Positions 59,586 through 64,000 of a DNA stretch of 64,000 nucleotides are shown in pieces; the first letter of the stretch is position 1, and every line of letters starts with the position of its first letter. This DNA comes from Candidatus Moraniibacteriota bacterium. GTDB taxonomy: Bacteria > Patescibacteriota > Minisyncoccia > Moranbacterales > UBA1568. The stretch is taken from NCBI GenBank assembly GCA_016182385.1, contig JACPGV010000011.1:22888-86887 (forward strand). The letters run 5' to 3'. The position numbers and the translations under genes are program-made. Under the pieces are notes generated by a model. The model was not told the DNA's origin, made no database searches, and saw only the letters and a program-made list of their open reading frames with translations.

Positions 59586-59846
59586 TTATTTTTTTGGATA
59601 AATTTTTTCACCGCCCTGATATACTTCGATCGCCAACACCGAACAAGATTGAGCCGCTTCAATAATTTTTTCAAGACTATCCCAGTCGCCATCTTTTATA
59701 ATGGCAATATTTTTTTCATCAAGATCAAAAGTTGACGGACTATACACGACACACGTAGCGGCACCGACACACTTTTCTCTCAAAATACGAATTTCAATAT
59801 CGCCTTTTTTTACTATCTGGAGAGCCTCATCTTGTTGCATAAACAA
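59586..59846 (-). CDS. ferredoxin (single-cluster Fe-S, Fer4-like)
   Basis: 86 aa; CVGAATCVVYSPSTFDL ... AAQSCSVLAIEV, the C-x5-C...C-(P) pattern of mono-cluster [3Fe-4S]/[4Fe-4S] ferredoxins; 13 nt upstream of the radical SAM gene. Confidence 0.55.
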   Translation of the reverse strand: MFMQQDEALQIVKKGDIEIRILREKCVGAATCVVYSPSTFDLDEKNIAIIKDGDWDSLEKIIEAAQSCSVLAIEVYQGGEKIYPKK

Positions 59847-59931
59847 ACATCACCCGAAACATCGAGACGTCATCAAGAATTACCAAGATACAATACCACA
59901 AAAACTCAATCTTTACTAGAAAACAAGAATC

Positions 59932-60909
59932 CTAACGAAGCTTGCTTTTTAAGTTTCGCACCAACAAAAATCCAATAAGAAAATAAAAGCCGTAAACCAA
60001 ATGAGTGAAGAATATATAGTAAAGAGCATTGAAAAGAATGAAAGTATTTTTCTCAAACCGATACATATCCAGAAAAGATAGGAAAAGAGCTCCCCCGTAT
60101 AAAAACCACCCTATTTCATACCAAAAAAGAAAATGCGGGAAAAGAAAAATCGATCCAGTCCCTACTGTCACAAAAAGAAAAAAGAATGAGGGAATAAAAT
60201 ATTTGATACGCAATGACGTTTCCGGAAATTTTTTCGCGAAAAAACCTCGGTGCAGTCCATACCCATGCACTTGTTTCATATGTCGAAAAAATCCCTCTCG
60301 TCGATGATGATAAACATGAAGCGAAGGATCATACAGGATCTTTCCTTTTAATTTTTTTATAATATTCAAACACAGTTTCGTATCCTCTCCAGGCCAAAAT
60401 CCACAATCAAATCCATCAACATCAGCAAACGCCTGCTTTCGAATAGAAAGATTGACGCTCGGCCAATCGTCAACTAATCGTTTCTTTCCAACAGGCACAT
60501 AACGTTCTGGGGAACCACCGGAGAGAGAACTTAAAAAAACCGCCCCAGACACTTTCTGCCAAAAACTATCATGGGAAGGAGTAATAGCCGGTCCTCCAAC
60601 AGCGATAATAGAAGGATCGGAAAAATCATGATCCAAAATATCCAAAAAATTTTTTTCTGGATAAGCATCGTCATCGACAAAAATAAGTATTTCGCCCACC
60701 GCATCACGTATGGCGAGTGTTCGCTTCTCAGCCGGTCCGCAATGCCCGGTAGCTATTTGTCTTGTTTTTTGCCATGTTTCAGAAGTCGCCTTATCGGGAT
60801 AAATGATAATTTCATAATCATCACGAGATATCTCGAGTGTTTTTGGTACAGCCTCACGAATATAATCATTTATCTCCTTTACTGGAATAATAAAACTGTA
60901 TCGTATCAT
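59932..60909 (-). CDS. glycosyltransferase family 2 (GT-A) with C-terminal TMs
   Basis: FIIPVKEINDYIREAV, the FVDDDAYP D-x-D region and four C-terminal TMs; 325 aa. Confidence 0.75.
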   Translation of the reverse strand: MIRYSFIIPVKEINDYIREAVPKTLEISRDDYEIIIYPDKATSETWQKTRQIATGHCGPAEKRTLAIRDAVGEILIFVDDDAYPEKNFLDILDHDFSDPSIIAVGGPAITPSHDSFWQKVSGAVFLSSLSGGSPERYVPVGKKRLVDDWPSVNLSIRKQAFADVDGFDCGFWPGEDTKLCLNIIKKLKGKILYDPSLHVYHHRREGFFRHMKQVHGYGLHRGFFAKKFPETSLRIKYFIPSFFFLFVTVGTGSIFLFPHFLFWYEIGWFLYGGALFLSFLDMYRFEKNTFILFNALYYIFFTHLVYGFYFLIGFLLVRNLKSKLR

Positions 60910-60911
60910 AG

Positions 60912-61868
60912 CTACACAATGGCAAGTTTATGACGAAAATAATCAACTGTTTTTTGAAGCCCTTCATCAAGTTGCACTTTCGGCTCCCACCCATCAAGCT
61001 TTTCTTTCGCAAGAGCAATATCCGGATTTCGTTGTTTCGGATCGTCGGGCGGAAGATCTTTGTATACAATTCTGCTTTTACTTTCCGGAATAAAATGAAG
61101 GATTTTCTCAGCTAACTCTTTTATGGTGAATTCATTCGGATTGCCGATATTTACAGGACCGACAAATCCATCTTGATTCATCATTCTCATCATACCCTCA
61201 ATCAAATCATCTACATACTGAAAACTTCTTGTTTGAGATCCATCACCATAAATGGTAATATCTTCATTTTTTAAAGCCTGAACAATAAAATTTGACACTA
61301 CCCGACCATCATAAGGATGCATATTTGGTCCATACGTATTAAAAATACGAATAACACGAATATCTACTTTATTTTGACGATAGTAATCAAAAAAAAGCGT
61401 TTCCGCGCAACGTTTTCCTTCATCATAACAGGAACGGAAACCGACGGGATTAACATGTCCCCAATACGATTCTTTCTGCGGTGTGATTTCAGGATCGCCA
61501 TACACTTCCGAAGTAGAGGCTTGAAGAATACGTGCTTTGGTACGTTTTGCCAAACCAAGCATATTAATCGCTCCATGAACAGATGTTTTCGTAGTTTGCA
61601 CCGGATCAAATTGATAGTGAATAGGTGAGGCAGGACAAGCAAGGTTATAAATTTGATCCACTTCTACATACAGAGGAAAAGTAACGTCATGACGCATCAA
61701 ATCAAAACGCGGACAAGTCAAAATATCTAAAATATTATTCTTGCTTCCAGTAAAAAAATTATCAACACACAATACATCGTGTCCCTCTTTCAAAAGACGA
61801 CGACACAAATGAGAGCCTAAAAACCCCGCTCCACCTGTAACCAAAATTTTTTTTTCCGTCATATACAA
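60912..61868 (-). CDS. UDP-glucuronate decarboxylase (UDP-xylose synthase)
   Basis: [40 protein letters not shown] and the YDEGKR catalytic region, alignable end-to-end with UXS/ArnA-decarboxylase-type SDRs; 318 aa. Confidence 0.85.
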   Translation of the reverse strand: MYMTEKKILVTGGAGFLGSHLCRRLLKEGHDVLCVDNFFTGSKNNILDILTCPRFDLMRHDVTFPLYVEVDQIYNLACPASPIHYQFDPVQTTKTSVHGAINMLGLAKRTKARILQASTSEVYGDPEITPQKESYWGHVNPVGFRSCYDEGKRCAETLFFDYYRQNKVDIRVIRIFNTYGPNMHPYDGRVVSNFIVQALKNEDITIYGDGSQTRSFQYVDDLIEGMMRMMNQDGFVGPVNIGNPNEFTIKELAEKILHFIPESKSRIVYKDLPPDDPKQRNPDIALAKEKLDGWEPKVQLDEGLQKTVDYFRHKLAIV

Positions 61869-61907
61869 AACCTTTTCTTTTTAACGAAAATTAATCTTTT
61901 CTCGAAC

Positions 61908-61980
61908 AATGTACAACGGGCGATTAATGACTTCGTTGTGAATACGAGCGATTGCGTCATGACCTTATTATAGTTCATTT
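61908..61980 (-). pseudogene. remnant 3' end of a GtrB-like GT2 gene (duplicated fragment)
   Basis: Minus-strand reading gives ...GHDAIARIHNEVINRPLYIVREKINFR*, a near copy of the C-terminus (IARIHNEVINRPLYIVREEINGIEQ) of the GT2 gene at 63633. 41/45 nt are identical to 63666..63710. Confidence 0.5.
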
Positions 61981-61997
61981 TCTGATGAGATTCCAAT

Positions 61998-62264
61998 TTA
62001 TACCATATCTGAGCCTATATCTATACTTTTGACACTTTCTTTTCTCTGCCTTATACCACACTTGAAGTATTTGAGAGAGGCCGTCGACCGTTCAGAGGAT
62101 AGCCCTCTTTCTTTTTTCCTGTTTTTACTGTCTTTATCTACGAAGATATTGAATGACTGGTTCCGAAAACCTTCACAAAAACTTTTTACTCCGATCTGCT
62201 GTTTGAAAAAATCGACCAACTCTTTTTTATATTTTGAAGGAGTTTCTACCAATCCGTATTCCAT
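61998..62264 (-). CDS. hypothetical protein (88 aa), possibly a gene fragment
   Basis: ORF with a protein-like N-terminus (MEYGLVETPSKYKKELVDFFKQQIG) and a low-complexity C-terminus; lies inside the repeat-flanked insert. Confidence 0.2.
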   Translation of the reverse strand: MEYGLVETPSKYKKELVDFFKQQIGVKSFCEGFRNQSFNIFVDKDSKNRKKERGLSSERSTASLKYFKCGIRQRKESVKSIDIGSDMV

Positions 62265-62353
62265 TTTGAGATCATAATAAGTATCTCATTTAAGGAAAAG
62301 CTGCCTTCATCCGTTCTCCTCCACATACTTCTTACAATTTTTTCCTAATCATT

Positions 62354-63523
62354 TCAGTAAAAATTATCCACCGTCAATAATTTGACTTTCGCTTCGGAAT
62401 ATCTGTTCTTGAAAGCCTTGTTGATAGCTTTTCGCTTGTATTTAATCTCTACTCCGATAATTTCGCTACCTTTTTCCAGTACAACATCTATCTCGGAACC
62501 CTGCTTCGTTCTCCAATAATAAAATTTAAAGCCTCTATCAGAATAGCTGTCCTGTTTTATCAATTCACTGATTATGAAATTTTCAAACAAAGATCCTTTA
62601 TCCACTCTCGAATTCAAATCGGAAAAATCCTCAATCAAGGCATTTCTCACGCCAGTATCGTAGAAAAATATCTTTGCTGATTTCGATATTTCATCTCTTT
62701 TCCTTTTTGAATACGGATATAATCGAAACAAAATGAAGCTCTGCTCAAAAATCTCAATATACCTTTTGACAGTCCGCTGGTCAGTTTTCAAACTACTGGC
62801 CAATTCAGAATAATTTATAAGATTGCCAATCTGGAAAGCCAGAAGTTTCAATAAATTCTTAGCAAGCTTCTTATCCTCAATCAAATGTAATTCGAGAATG
62901 TCCTTGAAAATCAGACTATCCACAAAATTCAACAAGTATTTCTCATCATTCGGATATTTGATAAAATGAGGATACTGTCCATACACCAGAACACTATCCA
63001 GTATGTTCTTTATATCAAACGCATAGAATTGCTCTTTTGGGTTATCTTTTTCATCATCAATAATTTTTTCAAGAATGTTAAAATTCAAACTCTTCTCAAT
63101 ACCCTTCTGGTTCAGATATTCAGAAAAAGTAAGCGGGTAAATATTATAATCGATTTTTCTCCCCGCGAGACTCTCACCCGTCTTGTTTTTTATATGAAAA
63201 GAAGATGATCCGGTGATAATAATCCTCAGATTATTCATCTGATCATACAATATCTTTATAGCTCTTCCGGGATTGTCAAGCAGATGAATCTCATCGATGA
63301 TAATCTCTTTTGCCTTCTTATTTATAATTGTTTTATATGTCTCTATATCATATGTCTCCAATATCTTCTTGATCGGCTCATTATCCACAAGAAAATACTC
63401 CGCGTTCGGAAATATCTTTTTGACTATAGTTGTCTTTCCAGCCTGTCTCGATCCAAGCAAAATAAGTACTTGTTCGTACTTTTTAAAGTGTTCACTCATT
63501 TGGAAATCAAGATGTCTTTTCAT
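62354..63523 (-). CDS. AAA-family ATPase with C-terminal DUF4143 domain
   Basis: Walker A LLGSRQAGKTT, Walker B IIIDEIH; C-terminal region typical of the widespread archaeal/bacterial DUF4143 ATPases; 389 aa. Confidence 0.8.
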   Translation of the reverse strand: MKRHLDFQMSEHFKKYEQVLILLGSRQAGKTTIVKKIFPNAEYFLVDNEPIKKILETYDIETYKTIINKKAKEIIIDEIHLLDNPGRAIKILYDQMNNLRIIITGSSSFHIKNKTGESLAGRKIDYNIYPLTFSEYLNQKGIEKSLNFNILEKIIDDEKDNPKEQFYAFDIKNILDSVLVYGQYPHFIKYPNDEKYLLNFVDSLIFKDILELHLIEDKKLAKNLLKLLAFQIGNLINYSELASSLKTDQRTVKRYIEIFEQSFILFRLYPYSKRKRDEISKSAKIFFYDTGVRNALIEDFSDLNSRVDKGSLFENFIISELIKQDSYSDRGFKFYYWRTKQGSEIDVVLEKGSEIIGVEIKYKRKAINKAFKNRYSEAKVKLLTVDNFY

Positions 63524-63632
63524 AAAAAATATGTCTTTTCGTGTATTATATGTATAAAAAGATATATCTAATTATACATAATAAGGAATATTTGTCAAAT
63601 TCAAACAATACGACAGTCCGTCACTAACGATC

Positions 63633-64000
63633 CTATTGTTCAATACCATTTATCTCCTCCCGCACGATGTAGAGCGGGCGATTGATGACTTCGTTGTGAA
63701 TACGAGCGATATAAAGAGTAATAAAACCAAGAGAAATGAGAACGATGCCGATCAGAAACATATTACTGACACCAAGGATGGCAATGGGCGTAAACATGCC
63801 AGGTGCAAAAAACCAATCCGCAACAAGCATCATCGCAAGCAAGAGTCCGCTTATGAGCGTAATACAAATACCCAAATATCCGGCTAAACGAAGAGGGAGA
63901 AGTGAAAACGATGTAAGACTATTTATCGCCAAACGAACAAGCTTTACATAAGAATATCCAGCATTGCCGTAGAGACGCTCTGGAGCCACGAATTCTATCT
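63633..64000 (-). CDS. glycosyltransferase family 2, GtrB/CsbB/DPM1-like polyprenyl-phosphate sugar transferase; C-terminal ~120 aa only (gene continues beyond window end)
   Basis: Two C-terminal TMs (LLPLRLAGYLGICITLISGLLLAMMLV; ILGVSNMFLIGIVLISLGFITLY) followed by IARIHNEVINRPLYIV, the C-terminal layout of GtrB-type GT2 enzymes. The reading frame is open to the window edge. Confidence 0.55.
   Translation of the reverse strand, partial: IEFVAPERLYGNAGYSYVKLVRLAINSLTSFSLLPLRLAGYLGICITLISGLLLAMMLVADWFFAPGMFTPIAILGVSNMFLIGIVLISLGFITLYIARIHNEVINRPLYIVREEINGIEQ

Noticed and set aside
1-64000. CRISPR arrays, rRNA genes, IS elements/transposases, integrases
   Set aside because: I searched by eye for regularly spaced direct repeats, rRNA-like conserved blocks and DDE/tyrosine-recombinase signatures. 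None was found; the only notable repeats are the 13-nt AbiE operator repeats and the 45-bp GT2-end duplication.

Overview
This is a 64 kb window of low-GC, tightly packed bacterial sequence. The organisation looks like a reduced-genome (CPR/Patescibacteria-like) bacterium: conserved operons are scrambled, AlaS is short, there is a (p)ppGpp hydrolase-only HD protein, and several annotated ORFs have N-terminal over-extensions that I trimmed to conserved starts.

The first ~38 kb is housekeeping. I called ftsX/ftsE, prfB with its programmed +1 frameshift visible in the sequence, tRNA-Gln and tRNA-Thr, a DsbA-family protein, engB, and an hrcA-grpE-dnaK heat-shock operon with a perfect CIRCE operator. 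I also called yidD, corA (non-canonical pore motif), cysS, dnaB, recR, rplU, alaS, ftsA, a pfkB kinase, eno, pgk, mraY, a DD-carboxypeptidase, scpB/scpA, an MFS transporter, rpmA, pyrG, rplI and queA. dnaJ and ftsZ are absent at their expected positions.

From ~38.9 kb the window becomes accessory. There is a type IV AbiEi/AbiEii toxin-antitoxin pair with tandem promoter repeats, and a small hypothetical protein beside it.

The rest is a ~21 kb co-directional glycan-biosynthesis island, entirely on the minus strand. It contains a GtrB-like GT2 at the window edge, UDP-xylose synthase, another GT2, a ferredoxin paired with a B12-binding radical-SAM enzyme, and two bona fide GDP-mannose 4,6-dehydratases plus an Rmd-like reductase. 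It also has a TylC3/NovU-type NDP-sugar C-methyltransferase, three class-I SAM methyltransferases alternating with GT4 glycosyltransferases, and two paralogous YfhO-like GT-C membrane glycosyltransferases flanking a membrane-anchored extracellular protein, with a small 4-TM GtrA-like protein. Together these suggest a GtrA/GtrB/YfhO-style extracytoplasmic glycosylation system that builds a heavily C- and O-methylated deoxyhexose/xylose glycan.

A 45-bp direct repeat, the duplicated 3' end of the GT2 gene, flanks a 1.7 kb insert carrying a DUF4143 AAA ATPase. No CRISPR arrays, rRNA or obvious transposases were seen.
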